IMG/VR virus record: IMGVR_UViG_3300037189_011323
Span: 1-64,000 of that record
Origin: an uncultured virus (IMG/VR IMGVR_UViG_3300037189_011323)
Taxonomy: Duplodnaviria > Heunggongvirae > Uroviricota > Caudoviricetes
Direction: 5' to 3' (one strand)
Length of the DNA stretch: 64,000 bases
Shown here: positions 1 to 9,179 of the stretch, in pieces
Layout: each line of letters starts with the position of its first letter
How positions within the stretch are numbered: position 1 is the first letter of the stretch
Program-made: the position numbers and the translations under genes
The notes under the pieces: generated by a model
What the model saw: the letters and a program-made list of their open reading frames with translations, nothing else
Told to the model about the DNA's origin: nothing
The model's database searches: none

Positions 1-812
1 ACAACAGCCCAGTTACCTGCACCACGACGAGTGCGTTGTGCAATTAGGTTAGCAGCACGGTTGATAAGAACAGCTAGAGCAGCATGTTCGTCACCAACGA
101 ATGTTGCAGTACCACTTACAGTAGCTTGGTTGTAAGTAAATTCTTGTGCAGCCAATGAACGTAGGCTGTAAAGGATTTCCTGATCAATTTCAGCAGTGAT
201 TTCTTGTGCGAGAGCAGCCATGATTTCTGCTTCAATGTCAAGACCATGCATAGCCTGTGCATCTTGAGCAGCTTCAAAAGTCCAGCGTGCGCTTAACTTA
301 CGAGTCTTTGCTTCAACAGGTTGCTTTAGGATTTGAACATTGAGCTTACGACCTGGTGTACCTTCCATAGCAGCAGTGAAACCAGCCTTACCGTCAGTGC
401 TGTTAACACCTGGTGCAGTTCCAGAATAACCACTTGCAATCTTAAATGGTGAAAGTGCTTCATCATTAAGAGCAACGTCAGTACCAGCCTGACCGCTTGC
501 AGTTGATGTGAATGTTTCAGCATAACGTACACGAAGAGTGTGGATCTGTGCAACAGGTCCAGTCATTGGTTGAACACCAACGATTTCGTTTGCAATAACA
601 GTTGGCATAACACGGCGGATAACAGGGAGGATAACACGGTTAAGTGTTGCAATGTTACCAGCTGCAGTTGCACCAGCACTTGCGCTTTCAGCAAGATACT
701 TCTTAGTATTTTCGAGCACCATGCTCATTGTTGTACGACGATTACCGCTTAGACCTTCCAACAGGGCTGTCTTGGTTTCGTCCCAACGACTTTCAATTAA
801 TTCTTGTGACAT
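1..812 (-). CDS. gp23: Major capsid protein, T4 gp23-like (runs off the left edge of the window)
   Basis: Not in the ORF track; translated by hand. ATG at 812 with GGAG upstream. Reads MSQELIESRW...RRVMPTVIANEIVGVQPMTGPVAQI...VEAKTRKLSARWTFEAAQDAQAMHGLDIEAE, which are hallmark gp23 motifs. Confidence 0.96.
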   Translation of the reverse strand, partial: MSQELIESRWDETKTALLEGLSGNRRTTMSMVLENTKKYLAESASAGATAAGNIATLNRVILPVIRRVMPTVIANEIVGVQPMTGPVAQIHTLRVRYAETFTSTASGQAGTDVALNDEALSPFKIASGYSGTAPGVNSTDGKAGFTAAMEGTPGRKLNVQILKQPVEAKTRKLSARWTFEAAQDAQAMHGLDIEAEIMAALAQEITAEIDQEILYSLRSLAAQEFTYNQATVSGTATFVGDEHAALAVLINRAANLIAQRTRRGAGNWAV

Positions 813-836
813 AGGGTCTTCTCCAAATTTGTATTA

Positions 837-1934
837 TCACTTTAGACCAGCAAGACGCTTCATTTCAATTATGTTTGAAGTTTCTTTCTGTTCAGTTTTA
901 ACAGCACGATCACCTGTAACTTCTTTCTTGCTTTCAACGATAGTTTGCTTTGTAGCTTCTACCTTTGGAGCATTGCCTTCCATTACTGGGTTTAAGTACT
1001 TTTTGTATGCTGCGTCGAGTTTTTCTGTTGGGACTGATTCCAGCAGTTGTGACATCACAGCGGCTTTGTCTTTGCTAAGAGGACTTAGCAATTCGTTGAG
1101 TTTACCGTTACGAGCAATGCTTTCATTGATTTTACGGATTTCTACTTCTTTTGCCTTAACTTCAGTCAACGCACGTTCTTCGGCATCACGTGATTCACTG
1201 ATTTGACGAGCCATTAGCTCGATCTTACCAGTAAGTTTCTTGATGTCTGCACGTTCGTTAAGGTAGCTTGCGCCAAACTCAGTTGCAAAGGCTTCAAAAA
1301 TCTTACGACCGAAGTTGTTTTCCTTGGCTTCCTGAATATCTGTTTTGAGTTGGTTTAATTCTGTACGTAGATGATTTGTAACTGTGCCTTCTACAAGTGC
1401 ACTTGCTTTTTTTACGAAACTATCACGAAGTGATTCAAGTTTCTTACGACCTTCGGTTACAACTGCAACCTTAGTGCGAGCAAGATCCATCTTGTCTGCT
1501 GCAAATTCTGCAATCTCAGCTTGTAAGTTTTCAGCAACGAATGCTTCTAACTTACTGATTGCATTTTGCATATTGGCACGATCACCACGAAGTTCAGCAA
1601 CTTCACTTGCAAGTGATTCACTTAGATAAGCATCAAAATTACGAGCCTTATCCATCATTTGCTTTGTGAATTTTACACGGTCTTCGCTAACCATTTCACG
1701 TTCAGCACGAATTTTTGACAATTCGTCTGTAAGTGATTCGTTAACCATCTTGTCCAGAGCCTCAACCATATTAGCACGGTCGTGTTCATAACGACTAGCC
1801 ATTTCCTCACGAATTTCATCACGAATCTGTCCACGTGCTTCTTCAAGTTTCACATTCCATGCTTCTTCAAGTTGCTTACGTGTATCTTCGTTCAGAAGTC
1901 CGCTTTCTAGTAATGGTTTTAGAGCTTCGAACAT
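837..1934 (-). CDS. gp22: Prohead scaffolding/core protein, gp22-like
   Basis: 365-aa charged coiled-coil protein between the protease and capsid genes; GRKIFEAFA motif; AGGAG RBS. Confidence 0.8.
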   Translation of the reverse strand: MFEALKPLLESGLLNEDTRKQLEEAWNVKLEEARGQIRDEIREEMASRYEHDRANMVEALDKMVNESLTDELSKIRAEREMVSEDRVKFTKQMMDKARNFDAYLSESLASEVAELRGDRANMQNAISKLEAFVAENLQAEIAEFAADKMDLARTKVAVVTEGRKKLESLRDSFVKKASALVEGTVTNHLRTELNQLKTDIQEAKENNFGRKIFEAFATEFGASYLNERADIKKLTGKIELMARQISESRDAEERALTEVKAKEVEIRKINESIARNGKLNELLSPLSKDKAAVMSQLLESVPTEKLDAAYKKYLNPVMEGNAPKVEATKQTIVESKKEVTGDRAVKTEQKETSNIIEMKRLAGLK

Positions 1935-1949
1935 TAATTTCTCCTGAAC

Positions 1950-2573
1950 TTATATTTTTAATTCATCAATAAATTTAGCAAGTTCTTGCTTAAGATATTT
2001 TTGAACTCGTTGATCTTGATTTAAATCTTTAGCCATTTCCAAAATGCGATGACCACCGTTCATATTCATTAGTCCTTCATAGACTGCTGTTGGGTAGGCA
2101 TTAGGTGCACTTGGCTGTGCTACAATATCAACAGTAACGATATCAAAATCGCTTACTGCACCGTCGTTTTCGTTTACATTACCACTTCCACGACTACTTA
2201 CTCCTAGTTTGACACCACTTTCTAACATGGTGCGAACTAAATTGCCCATTGGAGTAGGCAAAATCTTCATCTTACCATAACCGTTCGGTCCATCTAACCA
2301 CATTTCTGTAATCATATGACTTACACGATCAAGGTTAATGCGTAAGTTTGTTGGGTGATCTACTTCACCCAACACACTATAACCTGTTCTAATTTGCTTA
2401 TTGAGTGTTTCAATAGCACGACTAATTTCATTAACGGGATAAACACGTTGATTTGCGTTCTTTACACCACCTTGGATGCAAATGCCCTTCATATAAAGGT
2501 TTTTGCCTTCATCAGTTGATGTTTCCATCTTTGCTTGGTCGTAACTAAGATTTTCAATAAGCAAATTATTCAT
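1950..2573 (-). CDS. gp21: Prohead maturation protease, gp21-like
   Basis: Motifs KNANQRVYP, LGEVDHP, GVSSRGSG and DIVAQPSAPNA. Confidence 0.95.
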   Translation of the reverse strand: MNNLLIENLSYDQAKMETSTDEGKNLYMKGICIQGGVKNANQRVYPVNEISRAIETLNKQIRTGYSVLGEVDHPTNLRINLDRVSHMITEMWLDGPNGYGKMKILPTPMGNLVRTMLESGVKLGVSSRGSGNVNENDGAVSDFDIVTVDIVAQPSAPNAYPTAVYEGLMNMNGGHRILEMAKDLNQDQRVQKYLKQELAKFIDELKI

Positions 2574-2587
2574 AACTTTTCTTTACC

Positions 2588-3445
2588 TTACTTTGGAAGA
2601 TTACTCTTCTTGTTTACATTTGGACCACCGCCAGTTGCAAACTTGCCTTCTGCACTTTGTGGCTTCTTGGCATTTGAGAAACCTTTCTTGCCAGCGTCAC
2701 CACCTGGTGCATTAAGGAACTTACCACTGTGTGGGAAATTACCTGACTTTGGACTAGTATATTGCTTGCCATTTGGATCTACTTGTTCACTCTTTTGAGC
2801 AATATTCTTTGCAGTGCCACCCATGTCGTTCTTGCCAGCAACAACGCTCTTTGGATTTGTTTCACCAGTTTTTACGAATTCACCAGTGCCAGCACCTACT
2901 GTAGCACCATTTGGCTTTGCGCCAAACTCGCCCTTGTATGGTTCGCCAACTTTTTCAACATATTCACGAACTACGCCTTCTTCAGCGTGTTCTGGTTCTT
3001 CTTTTTCTTGTGCCATTAGCTTTTCAAATTCAGCCTTAAGGTCGTCAAGAGCATCTTCAAGGTCCATTACACGATCTTCAACGTCACCTGCTTCACCAGC
3101 TTCGTCGCCCATGTCCATGTCATCACTGTCCATGCCCATGTCATCGTCTGCACCGTCCATACCGTCATGATCTGCTTCAATATCGTGCATCATGTCATCG
3201 GTTTGGTCCATGCTCATGTCGTCACCAGCTTCTTCCATGCCGAAGTTTTCTTCAACTGAATCTTCTTCAACTGCTTCTTCGTCCATGTCTTCTGCTTCAT
3301 CAACGCCTTCTTCCATTTCTTCTGCAACGATTTCGTTGTAGATGTCACGGCTTTTTGCTACAACAAGGTTATGAAATAATTCTTTTGCCTTGTCTTGTTC
3401 ATCATTAATGATGTATTCTATAAGTTGTTCGTACTGACTACGCAT
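2588..3445 (-). CDS. Highly acidic head-assembly/prohead core protein (hypothetical)
   Basis: 285 aa with a D/E/M-rich first half and G/K-rich tail; located in the head module; AGGAG RBS and late promoter upstream. Confidence 0.6.
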   Translation of the reverse strand: MRSQYEQLIEYIINDEQDKAKELFHNLVVAKSRDIYNEIVAEEMEEGVDEAEDMDEEAVEEDSVEENFGMEEAGDDMSMDQTDDMMHDIEADHDGMDGADDDMGMDSDDMDMGDEAGEAGDVEDRVMDLEDALDDLKAEFEKLMAQEKEEPEHAEEGVVREYVEKVGEPYKGEFGAKPNGATVGAGTGEFVKTGETNPKSVVAGKNDMGGTAKNIAQKSEQVDPNGKQYTSPKSGNFPHSGKFLNAPGGDAGKKGFSNAKKPQSAEGKFATGGGPNVNKKSNLPK

Positions 3446-3547
3446 ATAAAAAACTCCTGTGGAATTATATCCTGTGATTATATTTAAACTATGGTTATAA
3501 TAAGTGCCTGAAATAGCCGTATTTTTGAATTTTTTGTGAAAAATAAA

Positions 3548-3772
3548 TTATAAGCCTGGTTGGCCGCTACTTGGCGCACCATATTGTTGGCGCACTAACT
3601 TGATTTTTTCAACATATTCGACCGTGCGCTGGTCATTCATTTTACGTAATTGGTTAATTTGAGCAAGTGTTAGTCGTGTTTTACGCAAATCATGAATCTT
3701 ATCTACACTATTATCACGTGATAGATCTTGATAGGCTCCATTATTTGCATTAAACATTTCACTTAAAAACAT
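3548..3772 (-). CDS. Small head-module protein (hypothetical)
   Basis: 74 aa (RKTRLTLAQINQLRKM); GGAG RBS and CTAAATA promoter upstream. Confidence 0.6.
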   Translation of the reverse strand: MFLSEMFNANNGAYQDLSRDNSVDKIHDLRKTRLTLAQINQLRKMNDQRTVEYVEKIKLVRQQYGAPSSGQPGL

Positions 3773-3796
3773 AACTGCTCCACTTTTTATTTAGGT

Positions 3797-5584
3797 TTAT
3801 GCGCCACCTAGCGCCGCACCAGCAGTTTGTCCACCTGCAGCACCGCCGCCAGCACCACCTGTTGGACTTGGAACACCAGCCGCACCAACTTCACCACCTA
3901 TTGGCGGTGCACCTGGTCCACCTAGTCCACCACCTTGTTCTGCAGCTTGTATATCGCTTACGGTTTCAAGGTCAGTGCTTATTGCACCTGGTGTAACACC
4001 AACTGTTCGTAGATCAGCACCCTGAATCATACCCTTTGGTTGCTCTGTGCCACGTTCTTCATGCCACATCTTATCGTTTTCAGCAAGTTCCATATCACTC
4101 AAACCAAGATATTTCTTTAACATAAAGCGTTTACTCAAGTAATCAGTTTGGTTAATTTGTGTAAATGCAGTAATACGACCAGCATTTAACTCAAGTTCAC
4201 GATATGCTGCAAAATTTTGTGGTTCAGTAAATTTAATTTCAAACAAGCTATTATCAAGGTTGAAACCACGATGTTTTAAAAACATCTTAAATTCTGTATC
4301 AAACTTTGGACTTATATAACGCTGCAATCTCTTGCAATATTCATTAAAACGATGTTCTTGTATAAGTGCAGTAGTTACCTTACCATCAACAAATGCACGA
4401 TCACTGTCTTCTGGACCAGTTGGTAGATAAGAACTTGGAATACGAAGACTACGATACATCTTGTTTTGGAAATAACGCAAGTCATCAATTTCACCAAGAT
4501 TTTGACCACCAGGTAGAACTTCTACTGATGAGCCACGACCTTCTGCACTTTGTGGAAAGAAAAAATCTTCATTCATACTCATTGGATTATATGAAGCATC
4601 CATTAAGTTAGAACCACCACCACTTTGTGTTGGTATTCTGCGTTGATTAATTTCATTCTTTACACGTTCAACAAATTGCATTGCAAGATGTGCTGGCATG
4701 TTGCCAACATCAATCTTAAACATTCTGCGTTCTGGTGCACGACTAATACGATAGATAAGAATTGCATCTTCAAGTAATTCTTTTTGCTTGAATACTTTAA
4801 AGATTGCTTCAAATATACTAACACCAAATGGCCAGTTGACATCTAAACCTTCAGTTAGACTTAAATGAACAATATGTTCTGCACCAACAGGAAATTCATT
4901 GTTACCAGCACCGAAACGTGTATTTGGTGAAAATACTTCACCACCTGCTGTATAAGAACGACTACCGCCCATATAAGGAGCAAAGGCATAACTGTCATTT
5001 GGACCAGGTGGACGAGTAATAGTATTATTCTGTAGATTTGGATTTAAATCACGAATATAATAAATTTCAGGTTCTTTACCTTTAGATTCATTAACAATAA
5101 CCTTGCTAACACGGTTCATTTCAGTCCAAAACCACTTATAAGTTTCTGGATCACGAACAAACACTTGGTCACCATACTTTAATGTGTTACGGAAAATCTT
5201 AAAGATACGCTGTTCAAAGTCTTGTAATTTACACCAAGCCTTTAACTGTTCTTTTAGAATCATTACTTCATTTTCAGTAGCTTCTTCATTAAAATGAACA
5301 TTAAATGGTGTATGTGTTTCTTCACTACGTTGTGTACAGAACTCACTTAAAATATCAAGTGCGCTGTTGGCTTCACTATCTAAATCCATATTTTCATATT
5401 GAGTATAACGATCAATACGATTTGGGTGACCGCTATAAACATCTGGCAACATGCTTTGATAGTTACGATATGCGGCGTTTGCTTGTGAACCAAGATAATT
5501 GTAACTGCTATAATCTGTTACACTACCGTTTACAGGGCTATATGAACCATCACTTACAATACGCCAATGCTTTTTCCAACCCAT
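3797..5584 (-). CDS. gp20: Portal protein, gp20-like
   Basis: Motifs LLEDAILIYRISRAPERRMFKIDVGNMP, EDFFFP and LPGGQNLGEIDDLRYF; G/A/P-rich C-terminal tail. Confidence 0.96.
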   Translation of the reverse strand: MGWKKHWRIVSDGSYSPVNGSVTDYSSYNYLGSQANAAYRNYQSMLPDVYSGHPNRIDRYTQYENMDLDSEANSALDILSEFCTQRSEETHTPFNVHFNEEATENEVMILKEQLKAWCKLQDFEQRIFKIFRNTLKYGDQVFVRDPETYKWFWTEMNRVSKVIVNESKGKEPEIYYIRDLNPNLQNNTITRPPGPNDSYAFAPYMGGSRSYTAGGEVFSPNTRFGAGNNEFPVGAEHIVHLSLTEGLDVNWPFGVSIFEAIFKVFKQKELLEDAILIYRISRAPERRMFKIDVGNMPAHLAMQFVERVKNEINQRRIPTQSGGGSNLMDASYNPMSMNEDFFFPQSAEGRGSSVEVLPGGQNLGEIDDLRYFQNKMYRSLRIPSSYLPTGPEDSDRAFVDGKVTTALIQEHRFNEYCKRLQRYISPKFDTEFKMFLKHRGFNLDNSLFEIKFTEPQNFAAYRELELNAGRITAFTQINQTDYLSKRFMLKKYLGLSDMELAENDKMWHEERGTEQPKGMIQGADLRTVGVTPGAISTDLETVSDIQAAEQGGGLGGPGAPPIGGEVGAAGVPSPTGGAGGGAAGGQTAGAALGGA

Positions 5585-5633
5585 TTGTGAAATCCTTGTA
5601 GAATATTTATGGATATATGCGGTGTTTTAATTA

Positions 5634-7967
5634 TTATGCTACACGCACACTAGTGCGTTCAGTATGACTGCTGATATCATCAAGTAAACTTATCATGTCA
5701 TCAAACTTGGAATTTAAAGCTGTAAGCAATTCATCACTCATATTTCTTGTATTCATTGCGGTTGGTATTTGTTCTTTAACTGTTTGTGCACTTTTTGCAG
5801 CATCAGTTAATAATTCTGTTAAGTTTTCTGGTAATACTGCTTCTGTTCCGTGCAGCATCGCAAGGTATCCAGATTTTGGTCCAGAAGCAATTCCGCCATT
5901 GTCTAATGGTGGTAATCCGTAACTTCGACGTATATCATTAACCGCAGCATCACTGACGCTAGTCATACTTGCAGGTTGCTGATTTGGTTGTGTGTTATTA
6001 CCACTGTTCATGAACCAATCTGGCATATCAATTCTTGACCTTGTATCAGATTGTATTGCCTGTGTTCTTGCAAGCATATTTCGGTCAGATTGAGCCAACC
6101 GTTCACCCATTCTTCTTATTTCAGCCCTATTTTCATCTTCGCTTATATTACCAACAAAACCACCCGCACCAGTAATACCTGATTCAGTAAACTTTCTTAT
6201 TAAACCAACAATTGCTTCGGTAACATTCTTAAATGCCCATGCAGTATTTTCTAAAACTTTACTATCAAGCATTGTTTCTTGAATTTGTTTAGCCATATCA
6301 CGACCAGCATTTGCTGCTAATATTAATTGTGTATCAAGTTGTGCTGAAGTAGCTTTTTGTTTTTCTACTGCTTGTTCAGCTGCGGTTATTGATTCTTGCG
6401 TTACACGATTTCTTTCTTGTAGTTCACCCTTATACGCTTCTCTTAAATCTTGGACTAATCCAGTAACACCAGCCATACCAGCACGAGCTAAATCAGTGCT
6501 TGCGATTATGTCTGCTTTCATGGCACTACCCAAATCAGCATTTATTCTTCGCATACTTGCGCCATCTAACGTGCCGTCTTGAAAATTTTGCATTGCACGA
6601 TTAATACTTTCACCAAAACCAGCCATATTAGACATCATATATGCACTTGCTGGTGTAATTGCTTGCCCAAATACCACAGTTTCCATGAATGCTTTACGTT
6701 GTGCAACACTCATATTCTCCATTGCGGCGATGGTGCCTAAACGTGTTTTCTCATCCATGCCAGCAAGTTTCTGCTGAAAGGCAACTTCGTTTGTTTGATC
6801 ACGAACTTCTTGTTCACGGCGTTTTGCATCTTCACCAGTAATAGCACTTATAATGCGTAAATTCTCTGCATACTTGGATGTTTGCTGTGCAACTTCTTCA
6901 TTACTACTTGTAAGACTGCCACCACTTTGACGCATTAAACCCATAGTATCAGCAATTAAACCTGCTTGTTCTCTAAATGTAAATCCAAGTTTTTGTAACT
7001 CAAGACTTACACCACTTTTACGCATGGTAGTTCCAACATCACCCATACGTTTAGCGGCTTCAGTACTGCTTATACCCAACAATGATAAATTTTGTGTGTT
7101 TGCTTTAACAACTTCTGCAAATTCAGGTAGTGTCAAGTTTAATGCTAAACCAGCGTTAGCCATATCACGTATACCACCCGCAAATACTAAACCTGCACTA
7201 TTGATTAAATTAAAATTAGTATAAAGTTTATCTAATTCACTTGTTAATATCGGAATTGCAGTTTGTGCCAGTTTATCTGCGGCTTCACTTGCACTATTAA
7301 GAAAAATTCCCAATCCTTTTGCCGCTATACCAACACCAGCAGTAATAATGCCACCTATACCAGCACCCAATGCTGCAACAACTGGTGCCGCCGCCATTGC
7401 CGCATCACCAAATGTAGATAAAGCATTACCAGCTACACTTGTTGTTTTAAACAATACGCTTGCCGCCGCCGCTGTAGTAGTGCCAGCCATTCTTATGTCA
7501 GTTTCACCACCTTGATATGCTTTTACAAGTGATAATGAATTTGTATAAAGTGAACTTAAAATTGTTGTTCCGCCTTGTATTGCACCATTAAACTTTACAA
7601 GTTGTGAGTTTAATGACATTACAACGTTATTTGCATAACCTTGATTACGAATATACAAATCAAATTTTGCTTTAAACTCTGGCGGAACTACTTCTTTAAC
7701 TCTATCATTAAGTGCTTGTAATTGTAACTGTGTTTCACGTGCAGTCAATCTGCCTTTGCGTTGTTCAGACAGTATTTGCTGTTCTTCACGTTGACGTTCA
7801 CGCATTAAACGTTTATAAGATTCATTAGTATCTTTTGTAGTTTTATTAGTTTCTGTTAATTTTAATTTCAATGCTTCTGTAGCAAGATCTAATCCGCTGA
7901 ACTTTGTTGTTACATTTTTAAGTGCTTCATTAAAAGCAGCTAATTCGGCATCGCTTATTTCAGCCAT
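5634..7967 (-). CDS. Tape-measure-like protein
   Basis: 777 aa, alpha-helical and A/G-rich, with a hydrophobic segment and C-terminal GGIASGPKSGY..LHGTEAVLP motif typical of tape measure C-termini. Confidence 0.7.
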   Translation of the reverse strand: MAEISDAELAAFNEALKNVTTKFSGLDLATEALKLKLTETNKTTKDTNESYKRLMRERQREEQQILSEQRKGRLTARETQLQLQALNDRVKEVVPPEFKAKFDLYIRNQGYANNVVMSLNSQLVKFNGAIQGGTTILSSLYTNSLSLVKAYQGGETDIRMAGTTTAAAASVLFKTTSVAGNALSTFGDAAMAAAPVVAALGAGIGGIITAGVGIAAKGLGIFLNSASEAADKLAQTAIPILTSELDKLYTNFNLINSAGLVFAGGIRDMANAGLALNLTLPEFAEVVKANTQNLSLLGISSTEAAKRMGDVGTTMRKSGVSLELQKLGFTFREQAGLIADTMGLMRQSGGSLTSSNEEVAQQTSKYAENLRIISAITGEDAKRREQEVRDQTNEVAFQQKLAGMDEKTRLGTIAAMENMSVAQRKAFMETVVFGQAITPASAYMMSNMAGFGESINRAMQNFQDGTLDGASMRRINADLGSAMKADIIASTDLARAGMAGVTGLVQDLREAYKGELQERNRVTQESITAAEQAVEKQKATSAQLDTQLILAANAGRDMAKQIQETMLDSKVLENTAWAFKNVTEAIVGLIRKFTESGITGAGGFVGNISEDENRAEIRRMGERLAQSDRNMLARTQAIQSDTRSRIDMPDWFMNSGNNTQPNQQPASMTSVSDAAVNDIRRSYGLPPLDNGGIASGPKSGYLAMLHGTEAVLPENLTELLTDAAKSAQTVKEQIPTAMNTRNMSDELLTALNSKFDDMISLLDDISSHTERTSVRVA

Positions 7968-8033
7968 TAAATTTCATCCATTTTTTTCTAACTGTAAATA
8001 ATACTGTCAATTATTATTTATGGAACTCAAAAA

Positions 8034-8876
8034 ATGCAAAATTCAAATCCACTTGCTAAACATTTTCGTCAGCCAGCAGTATTTCTTAAACTGCCTAGTG
8101 GTGGAAAATATTGGGCACCAGATAGTTTAGACCTTCCACCAAATGGTGAAGTAGGTATTATGCCAATGACAGCCAAGGATGAAATACTATTACGCACACC
8201 AGATGCACTTATGAATGGTCAAGGTGTAGTAAATGTAATACAAAGCTGTGTGCCTGCTATTAAAAATGCTTGGGCAATGCCAACTATAGATGTTGATGCA
8301 CTTCTTATTGCTATACGTATTGCAACTTATGGTGAAACCATGGAAATGGATAGTAAATGTCCTAAATGTGAAGCAGAAAGCCGCCATGGATTAGATTTAA
8401 GTAGAGTTCTATTTGGCGTTAGAGCACCAAATTATAATCAAATTGTAGAAATAGATGGATTAAAGATTAAGTTTAAACCACTTAACTATGTGCAAAGCAC
8501 TAAAAATAACATTGCTGGATTCGAAGAACAAAAGATTATACAGTTATTAAACAATGAAAACATTGATCCAGATACACGCAAAGCACAGTTTGATATGCAT
8601 CTACAAAATATTATCAAAAGTAATATAACTTTGTTGAGTGGTGCCACAGAAAGTATTACTACTGAAGACGGAACTATTGTTACTAATCCAGAGTTTATAT
8701 CACAATTCTACGATAATACTAACAACCATATTATTAAAACTGTTCAAGCAAAATTAAGAGAATTTGCTGATACAGCACAATTACCACCTACACGTGTGCA
8801 ATGTGAAGCATGTGATAACGAATATAATGTTAATGTAACTTTTGATTACGCAAATTTTTTCGAGCCACTATCTTAA
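8034..8876 (+). CDS. gp26: gp26-like baseplate hub/tail assembly chaperone with two CxxC pairs
   Basis: LKLPSGG, PMTAKDEILL, D.LLIAIRIATYGE, CPKC and CEAC; ends just after a slippery A AAT TTT TTC run. Confidence 0.75.
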   Translation: MQNSNPLAKHFRQPAVFLKLPSGGKYWAPDSLDLPPNGEVGIMPMTAKDEILLRTPDALMNGQGVVNVIQSCVPAIKNAWAMPTIDVDALLIAIRIATYGETMEMDSKCPKCEAESRHGLDLSRVLFGVRAPNYNQIVEIDGLKIKFKPLNYVQSTKNNIAGFEEQKIIQLLNNENIDPDTRKAQFDMHLQNIIKSNITLLSGATESITTEDGTIVTNPEFISQFYDNTNNHIIKTVQAKLREFADTAQLPPTRVQCEACDNEYNVNVTFDYANFFEPLS

Positions 8877-9091
8877 CTCTCACCCAAGAAGAATTATTGA
8901 AGTTAGTGGCGGATTATGAGGGTGAAGTAAAGAGTATTAAAAAGAATATTCTTAAAATGTGTTGGTATATGCGTGGTGGTGTCACTTATGACGAACTCAT
9001 GGATATGAGCGTAACTGAACGTAACATTATCGGTAGCATTATTGAAGAAAACTTGGAAACTACTAAAAAGTCAGGTATGGCTTTCTTCTGA
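8852..9091 (+). CDS. Downstream chaperone segment (gp51/GT-like), probably expressed by -1 frameshift from the gp26-like gene
   Basis: The -1 frame is open from 8846 to 9091 with no ATG before codon M at ~8957 and no RBS (the track uses a TTG at 8897). Encodes CWYMRGGVTYDELMDMSVTER. Confidence 0.65.
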   Translation, partial: KFFRATILTLTQEELLKLVADYEGEVKSIKKNILKMCWYMRGGVTYDELMDMSVTERNIIGSIIEENLETTKKSGMAFF

Positions 9092-9100
9092 TCAGTTTTA

Positions 9101-9160
9101 AGATGCCTACGGCATCTGTTCAGGGACTATCGTCCCTTCACTTTCTTTCTTTCTTTCATT
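9101..9160 (+). terminator. Tandem hairpins plus a pyrimidine tract; likely terminator of the gp26/gp51-like unit
   Basis: AGATGCC-tac-GGCATCT (9101-9117) and AGGGAC-tatc-GTCCCT (9122-9137), followed by (CTTT)4. Confidence 0.55.
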
Positions 9161-9179
9161 TCTCTTCTAAGATTTAATA

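Noticed and set aside
326..3170. Short alternative-frame and antisense ORFs over the head genes (also throughout the window)
   Set aside because: They are shadows of strongly conserved genes, with no RBS or recognisable motifs.
9141..9157. (CTTT)4 microsatellite as a phase-variation site
   Set aside because: It is intergenic, short and positioned as the pyrimidine tail of a terminator hairpin.
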